Notes: a model not told the origin generated them from the sequence alone. 63,850 nucleotides of DNA, filler included, from Craspedostauros australis (GCA_030167865.1; 8 parts of 8 records of this genome joined end to end with filler, not necessarily neighbours in it), one strand, 5' to 3'; shown: positions 12,368 through 24,810, counted from the whole stretch's first letter. Numbers and translations: made by a program.

Positions 12368-12742
12368 TCAGCCTTCCATGGAACCAAGCTCGCGCTCCAA
12401 GGCCAGCGCCAGTTCCTGCTTCGACGACATGCTGTGGCGTCGTGAACGACGTTGCTTGCCGCCCTTGGCCTTGCGGGTCCTGCGGTGGTGGTGATCCTCC
12501 ATCTCCTCTTCCTCGTGGTCGTAGCCATACTCGTCTGACGATGACGCGTGGCTGTTGGTGCTGGAACTCGACATGCTGGCTCTGCGGCCGATGCCCACGA
12601 CCAAGGCCTTGGCGCCCCCACCCAGTGCGGCGAGCGCTGACGTGGTGCGTTTGGGTCTGCTGCTGGCCCCCTGCTTTTTGGGGCGTCGGCGCTGTGGAGC
12701 CTGGTCGTCGATGGTGGACGGTGGTGCTCGTGGCGGAGGCAT
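12368..12742 (-). CDS. Small hypothetical basic/acidic disordered protein (124 aa)
   Basis: ATG in ACCATG context after a CAA-rich leader like those of neighbouring genes; GC-rich third positions. No recognisable domain. Confidence 0.5.
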   Translation of the reverse strand: MPPPRAPPSTIDDQAPQRRRPKKQGASSRPKRTTSALAALGGGAKALVVGIGRRASMSSSSTNSHASSSDEYGYDHEEEEMEDHHHRRTRKAKGGKQRRSRRHSMSSKQELALALERELGSMEG

Positions 12743-14253
12743 GGTGTCGTCGACTTTGTCGTTGTCGTTGTTGTAGTTGTGGATGATGCGGATGGTTGTG
12801 GCTGTGGCTGTTGTTGTGGATGGTTGTGGCTGCGGTTACGTTTTGAGACGTTCTTCCCTCTTTGACCTCAACAAAGTGACTGATCAGTGGACTGGTGATG
12901 GGTTGATGATGATCCCAGATGCGCGAGCGACGTACTCGGTGCGCGTATGATCTATGTCGATATCCCGGTTTGCTTTGTTGACGTCCTCCCTTGTCGCAGT
13001 TCTTGCTGGTTCCAGAGAGAGGTGATGATAGAATTGTGAGCGCCTCGCAACGAAGTGCAGCCGACCGAGGGTGAGGGCCCTCCGATTCAGCACGAAGGCT
13101 GCGGCACGCTCCCATGACCAACGGCTGTTCACTGCCCACCTCCTTCGTTGGTGGCGGAGACGAGGCCTGCACTCTCCCATCGCATCATAGATCGTGCCAT
13201 GCCGCGCCACAAGGTCAACAATCACCAGAAGGGACATGGAGCTACTCGCCAGCCTTCGTTGCTTTGGCATCCGCACCTGTGGCACAGGCTATGACCACCA
13301 ATCAGGTTTTGAAATCCAGAGAGCCAGGATCAACAATGCGAATCAGTCGTCACGACACCTGCGCGAATAGGCGTCTCTATGGGCACAAAGGGAGCGGAAA
13401 ACTCAACTCGCTGGTCATTTCCTTTCCATGGCACCTCCATCTCGCGAACAGAAGTCAGCGGCCGCATGATCTTTCAGGATCACATTTAACCATTGCATCA
13501 TCATGACACAGGCTATTTCGCATTTGCGCTTCTCACGTCCAGAAATTGTGAGAAGCGATCCCTGCAAGGCTTCTCTGCGACGTTGCTTCTTTCTTCCTCA
13601 AACGTGCTGAGCTCTGCACGCTTGTCTGTATAATGTCACACATCAATTTTGGTTTCCGCTACAAAATTGTTGTTCTGTCTGTGCCGACGATTCGTTGTTG
13701 ATTCACAGAACGATGGAGAAATGCTGTCCCCCCAAAACGGGAATAGATCTCGTCTGTCTTTCTGAATTGAGATCAGGCCACTATCACTTTGTCTGTGAAG
13801 TGTGCGTTTGGTGTCCGTCCATTCAACACATGTCGACAGCAAATGACCAAAACAAAACTCCGTTCGGCCGATTGGTTTCTCCGGGACATCACCAACCAAA
13901 ATCGGCGCCACAAAACCCCTCAAAAACGCAACTTTCAGCGCACTTGAAAGCTCTGACATGATGGCGACCCATTGCCACAACATACAAGTCCGCGTGTGCC
14001 CGTGGTTGATGAGGGAGAACACCAAAAGGCGTTCATGTTCATCAGGCCACACATGACCTTCCTCCTTCTGATCATAATTCGCAACAACATCGATCAAGAA
14101 TCAGCAATCAAACATTCGACAATCGACAATCAAGAATCAAGAATCAGCAAGCAACAAGCAACAACCAAGAAACCAGAAGTCTTCCAACGACGCACATAAA
14201 TCGCAAACATCAACAAACAGCAAGCAACAACCAACCAATACATTCCAAACAAC

Positions 14254-15525
14254 ATGACTGAACTCTCGCACACAACAGCCAACACCATGAATTCCGCCAC
14301 AACTACAACCACCAGCTCCCAGAACCTCAACAACAATGCCAACGGCAACGGCAATACGAACGATGACTCCCAGCTTGCATCATCGAAGACAGCTGCCGAG
14401 ATGATGAGCCACGACGACACCAACGGTAAGATCTCGGAATATGGAAGGTACATGGTGCGCACCAACAAGCCGTGCACCAAGCCTGGATCCAACATGACCG
14501 CGGCGAACGGAACGACCTCGACTCTGGCAAGGGTGACACCTGTGACGACAGTCCCGCGGCCCAACATGGTTCGTCAAAACTCCTACAGCTCCATCGGCTC
14601 GATAAGCACCAAAGACTTGCTGAATGGTAGCAATCACACCAGCTGCACGCGCGTGAGCAAACTCAACGGCATTCACGGCACGTTCGGTCTGCCTCGCGAC
14701 TTCAGTTTGAGTTCGATGCAGTACACTGAGACAGCAGGCCAGGACGGCCATTCATCGATCGGCACCATGGAAAGCGACTTCGACGACGATTGTTCTTTCT
14801 TCGATGGTGATGACGATGACGATGACGACGAGGACATCGATATCCACCCCCACAGTGATAGCGGCAGCGACGACGACGACGAAGTGGACGTGAGCGTCAG
14901 CAGTGGAGGTCGCAAGCCGTTGATGCGATCCGTCCGCGGAGCCGAAGTACGCCGCCTCCGCAAGGAGGAGGAAAAGGTCGTGAAGACCAAGAGTCACAAG
15001 AATCATTCGCGAGCTTACTCCAACAAGAACAAGGAGCTGTCGACGTCCAACCACTCCTTGCCAGACCTGATGGCGCAACGTTCCTCACACACCATGCGCA
15101 AGCCGCCCACCCGGATCGCGCGCACACCATTGGGCACATCGCAGCACGGTGCCGGCAGCGCGTGTTCTTTGGCATCATTGAGTGGCCGCGCTTCGTCAAA
15201 GGACCTGCTGTCGTCCATGTCGCGTGATTCGCTGCATGGATCCTCGCAGCATGGCGCCCTGGGATACATCCGCACATCCTCGACGCACAACTCTACATTC
15301 GACACGGGGCTGCGCGGGTCGAAGAAACCCGCGGTACGCAAGGAACTGCTGCTTGGCAACGATGGGGGTCGCCGCGGGATGAGAAGCGGCGTCGTGAGAC
15401 GAAACAAGAGAACAACTGCCATCCAGCCTCCGCATGATCCAATGAACGAGGAAGAGTTCTTGGCCATGATGAGGAAGCGCGTGGCAGCCAGCATGGAAGA
15501 GGCAAGCTTGGACCTCAACCTTTGA
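14254..15525 (+). CDS. Hypothetical Ser/Asp-rich disordered protein (423 aa)
   Basis: Long ORF with CAA-rich 5' leader, coding-like codon bias and an acidic tract. No domain recognised. Confidence 0.7.
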   Translation: MTELSHTTANTMNSATTTTTSSQNLNNNANGNGNTNDDSQLASSKTAAEMMSHDDTNGKISEYGRYMVRTNKPCTKPGSNMTAANGTTSTLARVTPVTTVPRPNMVRQNSYSSIGSISTKDLLNGSNHTSCTRVSKLNGIHGTFGLPRDFSLSSMQYTETAGQDGHSSIGTMESDFDDDCSFFDGDDDDDDDEDIDIHPHSDSGSDDDDEVDVSVSSGGRKPLMRSVRGAEVRRLRKEEEKVVKTKSHKNHSRAYSNKNKELSTSNHSLPDLMAQRSSHTMRKPPTRIARTPLGTSQHGAGSACSLASLSGRASSKDLLSSMSRDSLHGSSQHGALGYIRTSSTHNSTFDTGLRGSKKPAVRKELLLGNDGGRRGMRSGVVRRNKRTTAIQPPHDPMNEEEFLAMMRKRVAASMEEASLDLNL

Positions 15526-16128
15526 AGCACTGACGTACGTATGGTACACATGCACAAGCCAAACACACAGAGAGAAACATATAATAGAGGTACCGAGATG
15601 GTCGAGGAAGGTGGCACCAAACAGACCGAACAAAGCGACATTGCAAGTACACGCAAACACGAAGACCAATCATAGAGAGATTGAGACGCACACAGAGACA
15701 GAGGAAAGGAGATCGCTGGTATGCGCATTGGGTGCAATCGGCGGCCTCCACGTGGACAAGAGACAAACCAAACCAAAGCATAATACATGAATAAAAGCAA
15801 TAGCAAGACAAACAACGCAATGCGCAACATGCAACTCAGGCCGCCAATTGGGTTTCCCATAGAGGAAAAGAGCTTTAATCAATAGCTGTGCGCGTAGAGT
15901 ACGAGTATGGTACTGCGTAAGTGGTCGCCCTCACGCCGAAGTACCAGCATGTTTCTTTGCGGTTCGGCATGACGGAACATCACAGCACAGAATACTTTGG
16001 GTTCTTCATGTCGCGTTGGAATGCTCTGAAACGTATTTGGCGTTGCAAGAGAGAAGGGCGACATCACAAATCGTCGTCACCAGACCTAGCCCGAAACAAC
16101 TCTTGCATTGCGCACGCACCCAAAAGGT

Positions 16129-17308
16129 TTAGGGCGAAGCCTTGCGCTTCAGCACCCAAACCTCCAGCAGCACCCACTCCTCACCGGGATAGTTGGACTG
16201 CTCCAGCGGCGACATGCGTCGGTGACGCGAGGCGGTACTGCCCACGAAATCCAGATGCTTGAGCAGGATCTTCTTGGTCTCATCCGTCTTTTCGGCAGCG
16301 AAGAAACTGAGGAAGTTGACCATGGCATATCCTTCCTTGTCGGTCGCGGCGAAGGCCGCCACGAGCTGATCGATGGCATCGAGATCCAAATACACCAACG
16401 CGGCGGCGCAGATGAAGATGTCGGCGGCCGTCATGGCGGATTCAACCTCGGCGCGGGCCGATGCGCCGCATCCGTTGAGATCGGCGACGAAGGTCTTGTC
16501 AAAGAGACCGACCTTGCTGCCGTACGCCATGGCCTGCGGGGAGATGTCGATGGCCGTGACGGTGCAATCGAAACGACGCTTGGCGGTGATGGTGTGGCAG
16601 CTCTCGGTGTCCTTCCAGTTGTCGCGGATCTGATCGTACGACATGCCGTGGACGGTGGCCATGGTGGTGTTTCCGAAGCAGGCGCAGAGATCGACGAAGC
16701 TCAGGGTGCGGGACTTGTTGGCATCGCTCTGGATCCATGGCAGCACGAGGCGGTCGAAGGCTTGCCTGTTGAAGTTGTCCGACACATAGTCGAGCTGCAG
16801 TTTGTCATCACGTGGTTACATCGTTACATCGTGACGTCGTGACGTCGTTATTGGTAGTGTTCCATGAAGTAGAATAGGAGGAAAGGAAGAGCGAGAGAAG
16901 GGAGTTGGTGGAGGGTGGGAAGCACTGAGATGTTGATGTGCCATCAGATCATTCGCGACTTCAAAACGTGTTTGCATCTTGCATTCCGATCCTTCAAGCA
17001 TGCATCCACGCAATCATCCAATTGGGTGGCAACCAACACACACACACGCATCTGCACATGCAAGCAAAGCTTTAACTGGTGATGAAGCTTCTTCACTCCC
17101 TCCTCCGTGAGCTGCCCCCGAGAAGCACCGCAACTCCATTGAAGCAGAGCTGAGCGATCAACAGACTTCAACCCGAACTCTCCCATCGTGATCTCTCGCT
17201 CAGCCAACAACGCACCTTATCCAGGATATCCGTCTTGTAGAGAACCGGAGTGTCGGAGACGTAGATCTCGTCGAAGTGCTGCTTCTTTTCATCCGTCTTG
17301 ACTGGCAT
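16129..17308 (-). CDS. Class I SAM-dependent methyltransferase-like protein, 2 exons (17308-17216, 16794-16129; 252 aa)
   Basis: GT..CAG intron 17215-16795 joins MPVKTDEKKQHFDEIY...ILDK to LDYVSDNF in frame. Motif I-like FVDLCACFG and motif II-like TAIDISPQAM. Confidence 0.75.
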
Positions 17309-17554
17309 CTTGTCTTGTCGTGTTCTTCGGTCGTTTCGTTTCTTGGTGTACAATTGATTTGTGGTTGTGGTTGGTGATGGATCTGAAAGATTTCTTTTCC
17401 AGTTTGGCGCCAAGGAGAGAATGGGCAGAATGATTGTTGACTCGTTGTGCTTCGCCACCACAAACGCAATGACGGACGCATGACAGACAGGCGAAACAGC
17501 CGAGACCCTATCAGCAAGTCTACAACAATGAATCGAGTAGAGCCTGCTCTCTGT

Positions 17555-17570
17555 AGAGAGAGAGAGAGAG
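17555..17570. repeat. (AG)8 microsatellite
   Basis: Visible dinucleotide run. Confidence 0.9.
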
Positions 17571-17888
17571 AAGTAGCAGTGAAGCACAGTCGTACGGTTG
17601 CGAGCCAAATGGATTAGGTGTATACGAAGGTGTGTATGAGTATGATTGAATGGCGATGTGAAGGTGGAGCGGAGTGCTCCCTATTTCATCGCATCCCGTC
17701 AAAGAGGTGTCGTGAACCGCACGTGCGATCACGATGACGCAGTGGAGATCAGTGGCGGATCGGATTGATTGCTTCCCTGCTTCAGATGATGCCGCCGAGC
17801 CATCAATGCAACCGCCAGCAAGAGCAATCAGCCGTGGTTAGTCGATCCCAACAGATCATGATCACGACAGCGGCGATGACAAGGACCT

Positions 17889-18945
17889 TCACGCTTCAAT
17901 ACGCTTGCGGTACGCCACGAAGTCCTGCACCATGTCCTTCATGGACGCCTTGCCGGCTTGGATATCATCGTTGGGCATGTACGCCTCGTAACCTTCGGCA
18001 AAGAACTCCCCCAGCTTGTCCTCCGGAATCATGTGCACCTTCTTGCGGAAATCGCTGGCCAGCATGGGCTTCATGATGCTCCAGATGGTGTCGAACCAGC
18101 TGGGCGGATTGACAATGAGGAAGAGGCGGACGCGCACGGGGATGCGTCCCTGCAGCATCTTCATGAATTGCAAGCAGTAGCTGATGGAGAAGTTCGACAT
18201 GTGCCAGTTGTCCATATTGGCCACGAAGCCGATGCCTTCGGTGCATGCCTTTTCCTTTTCGACCACTGTATGTGTGTGTGCACATGTGGCGAGGGTGTGT
18301 GCGTGTTGAAACAGTGAGAGCAAATGGGCATGTTACGAGGAGACAAACGAGAGGTGGAAGCGTGGATGAGCATGGAGTACAATAGCATGCCATCGTAGAC
18401 ACAGCATGGAAGCTCGCCACGCGGATTGAATCTGTTCACGTTTGTTCATTCACAGGAGTGCGCCCAGTCGCTCTCACAAACAACTTACTCGTTGACATGC
18501 AATACGCCAAATTATCAATGATCGCTTGCGTCGACGTCGTCTTGGGAAAGTAGCGCGACGGCCGCATGTAAAAGACATCATGCCCGCCCTCCTTGGTCTG
18601 CAACCCAGGCACGGGAAACAGCGTCTCGCTCAGCAGCTGCTGCTCCAGATCCTTGGCGCGCAGAGTGAGGTACCGCGCATCGAACTTCTTCATGACCTTC
18701 CACGATGCCTTGGTGTTGAACTTCTGCGTGCCGGGCGAGCAGCGCGCGAAGCGCAGCAGCATCTCATCGTCGAACTGGATCATGTCCTTCTTCTCCTTCA
18801 TCTTGGAGCGCAGCTCGTCGACGCACCGGCGTTCGTCCTTGGTCAAGGCCGCCAGCTGCTCTTGCACCGTGCGCTCCTTCTTGCCGGCGAATCTCATGGG
18901 GCCGGGGCCCAACTCTTTCTCGATCGCGTCCCAGTTTGCCGTCAT
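17889..18945 (-). CDS. CRAL-TRIO/Sec14-like lipid-binding protein, 2 exons (18945-18489, 18265-17889; 277 aa)
   Basis: DDEMLLRFARC (CRAL-N), VFYMRPSRY, GRIPVRVRLFLIVNPPSWF..IWSIMKPML...FRKKVHM. A phase-1 GTAAGT..CAG intron restores the frame. Confidence 0.9.
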
Positions 18946-19382
18946 CGTGGCTTGTCAATGCTGTTGTCAATGATGTTGATGATGGTGTTGTGAATGCAAG
19001 TGAAGTGGAGTCTGGAGTGGGGGGAGATGCTATGATGAATGAATGGATCCAATGTCGCTCTTGCTCTTCTTTTGTGCAGAATAGTACGTGTATTGTTGAC
19101 CGAATAGATCCGTTGGTGTTTGCCGGACTCGCGATTCTGTCGCAAATTCTGTTCTTTTCATCAACGCGTCAGTTCCACGATTGGATAGTCTAATTAAAAC
19201 GAATATAGAGAAATGGTCAGGTTGGATGTTCATCCACTATACGTGATGTATTGTACAATCTATTGCATGTCACCAAGAATGACAGAGTCCTGCATTATAC
19301 GACACTTTGCAGTGTATCACGCCTATGTTGCTCTATAGAGATCACTAATATGCCATGTTATGTTTGTAGGTATGTGATCAAA

Positions 19383-22300
19383 TCAACACGCATCCGTGGA
19401 AAGCGAAATATCCAGGGACGACGTCGACAAGAAGGCCGTCTGGTACGTGAATGGATCGTTGTTCCCGACAGGCTCCGGTGCCACCAAATCCGCAAGCTCG
19501 TATTCCTGATCTTCTTCGGGCACTTTCTTGATGATGGAGGGATGAATCGCCGCCTTGGCCTCCTCGCGCAGCTTCCACGCTGGTTTCTTGCCGAATCGGC
19601 GTTGGATAAAGGATTGCTCCGTCTTCTGCTTGGCGCCCGTGATCCATTTCTGCGCTCCGCGCAATTTGGCCCAACGAGTGTTGGCTGCCAGCACTGGATG
19701 TTCTTCTTCCTCTTCTGCTTGTTGTTTCTGTGGCTTGTCACTGAAGGACGATCGGATCTCGTCCAGCTTGCCCCAGGCTTCCAACGCCGCGGTGAGGCTG
19801 TTTCCTAACACGCTCTTTGTGGTATGCGCGGATTCGTTGGGAAACGAGGCATCTTCTTGCGCCGCCTTCGGCGAGGATGGCGCGGACGACGTGCAACGCG
19901 CTGCATTATCCGATCCGAATGTGAGGGAGGACAGCCGCTTGATCTCCTCTTCGACGATCGCAAAGAAGGGCGGCAGCGTGGATTGGGATTTGTTGGTCAA
20001 AGCGGCCTGATTCTTCTCGTATCGCGCCGCCGATCCATCTTCCGCCGACGAACGTCGTTTTGGACACAACGGAGCCGCGTCATCATCGGGATCGATGTTC
20101 GACACCGTCTCCGCACGCGACTTGGTGCTGTGCCGCGTGGCGATGGCCAGACCATCGGGTAAGGGTGGAATGACGGGGCCCGTCTTGCTCAGCATGGTCG
20201 AGAATCTGGGGAATGCACGCTTCTGCGATTGGGTCGTATTCGTGGATCCCGACTGCTGCGTGTGTCGCGACGATCGTCGCACGGGCAAGGATGGGAAACA
20301 ATCAAACATGGAGGGAATGGCCGTCGTCGTGGAATAGATGGGAGCGCCCTTGGGACGCGGTGGCAAGTTGCGATTGCCGCTGGGTTGGATGCCTCCATCG
20401 AGCTTCTCTTCCATCGATGATCGCCGTTTCGGTTTGGCAGGTGAATTGTCGAGGTACGGCGGTGGCGGCGGCGGCGCTGCTCCTGTCGATGGCGTATGGT
20501 CCGTGCCATTGGAAATTGAGATCCCTCTCGTTCTCGCAGCAGCAGGCAGAACAACGGCCGCGTAATCGTTGGCCATACTCTCTTCCGTGTCCGCGTCGCT
20601 GCGTCCATTGTTGAAATTGACAAGGTCATCCTGCGTGAGGGTCTCGTCGTCCACGGAGGAATGGCGCGACGGAAGATGCGGTCGCGCGTCGACGTACTTG
20701 GATCGTTCTCGCAATTGCCATCCCGCGTCCTGCAGCGGCGGCAGCGTCGGCAATTCATCATCGTCCAAATCGTCATCATCATCATACTCCAGATCATCAA
20801 AGACGACATGCTCGCCATCGTTCATGATCTCCTGCACGATCACGGCCTTGCGCTGCCGCTGTTGCGGACTATGGTACTTGGACGACCGCGGCATAAAATC
20901 CGTGACGGAGACCGTGATGGTGCTGCATTGCGAGTCATCCTTGACGATATCGTGATCGGCCGCGAACTTGACCCGATGCGGAATGTGGTCGACGATGGGT
21001 TCGTCACGATGCCGCAGACGCGGGGTATGATGCAGAACGACCCCGGTGCGTTCGTGCGGTGCCAAGACGCTCTTCTTTTTTGGTGACGATGCGCGCGTTG
21101 CTTGCAATCGTTCTTGCATGGATGGTTTCTTGCCGCGGAGCCTTGCAGGACGCTTGCCGCTCGATGAATCTATGCTGGAGGTGTGTATCGCGCTGTGCTG
21201 CGATCTTGTGGTCTCCATGGAGCAGATGGAACGCAGCGTCGTGACCCTGTGCAACTTGGGTGGCTTGAGGTCGTGCGGCGTGTCATTGAGATCGATGATC
21301 TGTTCGGTGGACGATGTGTCATAGCACGAATCGTTGCGCTTGGGCACCATGGGCGACCTGACGGTGGCGGACGGTGCGTTCCATCGGCGCTTCTGCAGTT
21401 CGCGCAACTTCCAGGCCGGCATGGGTTTGCTTTTGGTGGACGTGTGGTCGGAGGCGAGCAGCTGCTTGTTGACGTTGTGTTGCGACGACAGTGCAAACGA
21501 TGGCTCGGATGTCTCGGACGTGGTCGATTGGCGGGTGGCATGTTGGGATGCTTTGCGATCGTGGTGTCGGCTGCGGCGCAGGGAGTGGTTGCTGTTCTGG
21601 TTGGGCGTTGGCTCTGCATCCGTCATGGGAAGCTGGTTGGGAAGCTGGTTGGGTAGTTGCTGCTGTGTTACATCCGCTGGTTTCTGAGACGACGAGACAG
21701 ATTGTCGCTTGTTGATGATGGAGGTGGAGCTCTTCGTTTCCGGACTCATGGGCTCCGTTCTGGTCGTCTTCTGATCCGTCTCGAGGTACTTGGACAAGGA
21801 GGGCATGGTGCTGCCGCCGTTCCTGCTGCTTGTGGCCGTGCTGTGCAGCGAGGCCATGCCTTGCGGCAAGTCCTTGCGAAGGATGTCGACGGCCTCCTGC
21901 AGCAGATCCACGCTGGATCGAATCGATGGCTGTTGCGGCTTGTGGCAATGACTGGCGGCGAGGTAGAGCAACGGGTTTGGCAGCGAGTCCAGCTCTCCCG
22001 TCGACTTGCTCCTGCCTTGTTGCCTGGCCGGTTGGGGCAGCCACGTGCGCTGTCGTGATGATTGCTCGGGTTGGTTCTGTTCTGCGAGTCTTTGCACTTG
22101 CAATGTTGTCCCAGACTGTTCAGACTGTTCAGGTTCTCCAGATTGTTCAGATTGTTCAGACCGTTCAGGCTGTTCTCTGTGATGTTTTGGCGCGAGAGCT
22201 TCTGTCGATTCTGCTTCCGACACTGACACAGGCACTGAAGGTGATGACAATGATGACAATGTTGACGATGTTGATGCTTGTGTTGATGCCAGTGCCGAAT

Positions 22301-22463
22301 TCGATGCTGGTCCCACTCGTACGAGTATTGGTATTGACGATGCTGTGGATCGTCGTCGAAGATGAGTCTGGGTGCTTGTCCTTGCAGTTGTATGAAGTGT
22401 TGCCGAAGTTGCTGTTGCCGAAGTTGCTGTGGTCGCTGTTCTGGCATGGATAGCTTCTGTCAT
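19383..22463 (-). CDS. Large low-complexity hypothetical protein (about 1026 aa) with repeated PxxPxRxxS motifs
   Basis: 3-kb uninterrupted ORF, probable ATG at 22463. S/T/P/Q-rich with recurring short motifs. Confidence 0.7.
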   Translation of the reverse strand: MTEAIHARTATTATSATATSATLHTTARTSTQTHLRRRSTASSIPILVRVGPASNSALASTQASTSSTLSSLSSPSVPVSVSEAESTEALAPKHHREQPERSEQSEQSGEPEQSEQSGTTLQVQRLAEQNQPEQSSRQRTWLPQPARQQGRSKSTGELDSLPNPLLYLAASHCHKPQQPSIRSSVDLLQEAVDILRKDLPQGMASLHSTATSSRNGGSTMPSLSKYLETDQKTTRTEPMSPETKSSTSIINKRQSVSSSQKPADVTQQQLPNQLPNQLPMTDAEPTPNQNSNHSLRRSRHHDRKASQHATRQSTTSETSEPSFALSSQHNVNKQLLASDHTSTKSKPMPAWKLRELQKRRWNAPSATVRSPMVPKRNDSCYDTSSTEQIIDLNDTPHDLKPPKLHRVTTLRSICSMETTRSQHSAIHTSSIDSSSGKRPARLRGKKPSMQERLQATRASSPKKKSVLAPHERTGVVLHHTPRLRHRDEPIVDHIPHRVKFAADHDIVKDDSQCSTITVSVTDFMPRSSKYHSPQQRQRKAVIVQEIMNDGEHVVFDDLEYDDDDDLDDDELPTLPPLQDAGWQLRERSKYVDARPHLPSRHSSVDDETLTQDDLVNFNNGRSDADTEESMANDYAAVVLPAAARTRGISISNGTDHTPSTGAAPPPPPPYLDNSPAKPKRRSSMEEKLDGGIQPSGNRNLPPRPKGAPIYSTTTAIPSMFDCFPSLPVRRSSRHTQQSGSTNTTQSQKRAFPRFSTMLSKTGPVIPPLPDGLAIATRHSTKSRAETVSNIDPDDDAAPLCPKRRSSAEDGSAARYEKNQAALTNKSQSTLPPFFAIVEEEIKRLSSLTFGSDNAARCTSSAPSSPKAAQEDASFPNESAHTTKSVLGNSLTAALEAWGKLDEIRSSFSDKPQKQQAEEEEEHPVLAANTRWAKLRGAQKWITGAKQKTEQSFIQRRFGKKPAWKLREEAKAAIHPSIIKKVPEEDQEYELADLVAPEPVGNNDPFTYQTAFLSTSSLDISLSTDAC

Positions 22464-23230
22464 GGCCGACGCAGTGAAGGATGGAAGGTAGCTTTGGTGC
22501 TCGTATTCGTACTCGTACTTGTATTCGTACTGCCATACAGACTGCAGAGTGTTATGTACAATATTATGATGGGTGTGGTACGTCCTGTTGTATGCATCCG
22601 TCCTCTGTGGCAGAGTACAGCAGACGAGACCAAGAGACGTCTGATCAAGCACGCAATGACAGCCTCCAGAGAACAATCGAAACAGCAAAGGGATCAGCCT
22701 CGTCGTCGTTGCTGTTTGTGGATGCTCCACAGGTGGCTGCAAATGCCTTTGTGTGGGATGCAGACAGGAATGGATGTACTGGTGGCGCCTGTTGCGGTGA
22801 CTCTATGTGCCTCTTTTGTGGTCGTGACCTCTTTGAAGCGCGTCAACTCTTTCAAGTTCTCTCCACGTCTCTCGTTTCTGTCTCCGCTGTCTGCTCTTTG
22901 TCGTGCTCTCTATACTCCGTGATTCATCCATTCATTCATCCATCCATTGACCTCTCTTCTTCTCTTTGTTGCTTGTGTTGCCGACGTTCCCAATGTTGCC
23001 TTCTCCTCCTTGATGCGTCTGGATGATGCCTTTCGTCTCCTTTGTGTTTCTTGTTTCCGATTGCGGTGGCTGCACTTCGCTCGTCAAACGCGGACGCAGA
23101 CGCAACGCCGTTTCCGCTTCTCGTTCCACGACAGCAATTTCGGAAGAACTCTGTGTGGGGTTTCGCGCGATTTGCTTCGTGCGTGCGTCGCAATGATGAT
23201 GGGTGCGATGAAGAGCAGGAGGGTATTTGG

Positions 23231-23350
23231 TAATGCAATGTTTGGTAATACAACGTTTGGCAATGCAACGTAATGCAATGCAATGCAACGTAATGCAATG
23301 CAATGCAACGTAATGCAATGCAATACAACGTAATGCAATGTTATGCAACG
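23231..23350. repeat. Tandem repeat, 20-bp unit CAATGCAACGTAATGCAATG (x4, 23261-23340) built from (AATGC)-like pentamers
   Basis: Directly visible tandem units with degenerate flanks. Confidence 0.9.
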
Positions 23351-24784
23351 TGATGTGATGTACTCCTCGAACACCTTGGGAGACAAGCGCCAACAACAAG
23401 CAAACAGATGAGGAGGACGATGTGTGCTGAAAAAGGTAAATGTCCGCGGACACAGACACTCCTCCCCACAACACGAGCCTTTTGTTCTCTATGGGTTTTC
23501 GCTTTTCCAAGTTGAGTTGCTTTCAACCTCTCTCGTGCACAATGGCGATGGCGGGGACAACAATCGTTCTTAGGTTCGAGGGCTTTGTCGTTGCTGCCGC
23601 GTTCCGCAGGGATCTCTGTGGATCGTCCTTTCCTTCACTCCCATGAAACTCAACTCAACTCAACTCTGCGAGCACACGCTATACCCCATCTGCGTCGTCG
23701 TTGGATGCCATCGTTGAAGCCATGGTCGATGAGGTTCTTGTCCTTCACACGCATGGTTCATTTCTTTCGCTGCCATCGTTGGCGCCAAAGTGCATAGAAT
23801 CATGACAAAAGCCACTGCGCAGTACTCTGCTTTTTCGCGTGTCGGTCATCTACGAACACACCTAAGCCTCCGTTTTTGGCGGCGACCACGCAATCACGAG
23901 TATTTGTTCGATGGATGCTCCCCACAATTCGTTTAGTTGTGCCAAGAAAAACGGAAGAGATGAATCAGCGCAAGACGGTGTCAGCGCCACTCCATGCCAT
24001 GTCACCTCGCTGAAACAACAATCACTTCTGCAATTGCGAGAGACATATGCAAACAATCAATTTGAACGGCGCGGCTTTTCTCACATCATGGTTTGGCCGA
24101 AGATGATGAGTTTGGCCGTACTTGTTCGCAGATCACGCAGTATTGACATTTTGGAGGTGAAAGCGATTTGGCGATGGTCACACACCCAACTCTCGGACAC
24201 TCATACATCGATTCATGCTACATTCATTGAGTTAGATTGATGAAGTGCGAAGCCCTCGATGCAGAATGGAACAGAAAGGACGGAACGCTTCGCGAGAACG
24301 GCAAGTTTTGTGTTCTTGTTCGTGTTGCGGAATGGGGTCATTTACTAATTGATACATGTCGTGAATGACAGCGAGACCTGTTCCGTACCGTTCTGTACAC
24401 CTCTGCAAATAGAGCGGTTGCGAAATTAGGGTAAACTAGAAGGGCCACATCGTGCAAATGCAGCGAGTGTGAAGGAACGCAAATACGATAACCGAAACTA
24501 GATGAGCACAACCGCGGCAACGCTGCAAATGGTTGTGACTGGCTGCAGAAGGGTGCTGTGGCAAGTCCCTGTCGCGCGGCTTGTGCGTGTGCGGAACAGG
24601 TGGTCTGCCGCAATCGTGGCAGTCCCTTGGGCAGTCCATTTGGTAGCAAGACGGGGAACAGAGCACCAGTGAAGTGTTTGGGCCGTCATCACCAGCCCCG
24701 TGTCCGCTGCAAGCAAGAAACATAGCAACAGGCAACAGGGCAACACAGAGGATCAAGAACGGAACCGTTCTGAAGCGCCATCTC

Positions 24785-24810
24785 GAGAGAGAGAGAGAGA
24801 GAGAGAGAGA
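24785..24810. repeat. (GA)13 microsatellite upstream of the histidine kinase
   Basis: Visible dinucleotide run. Confidence 0.9.
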
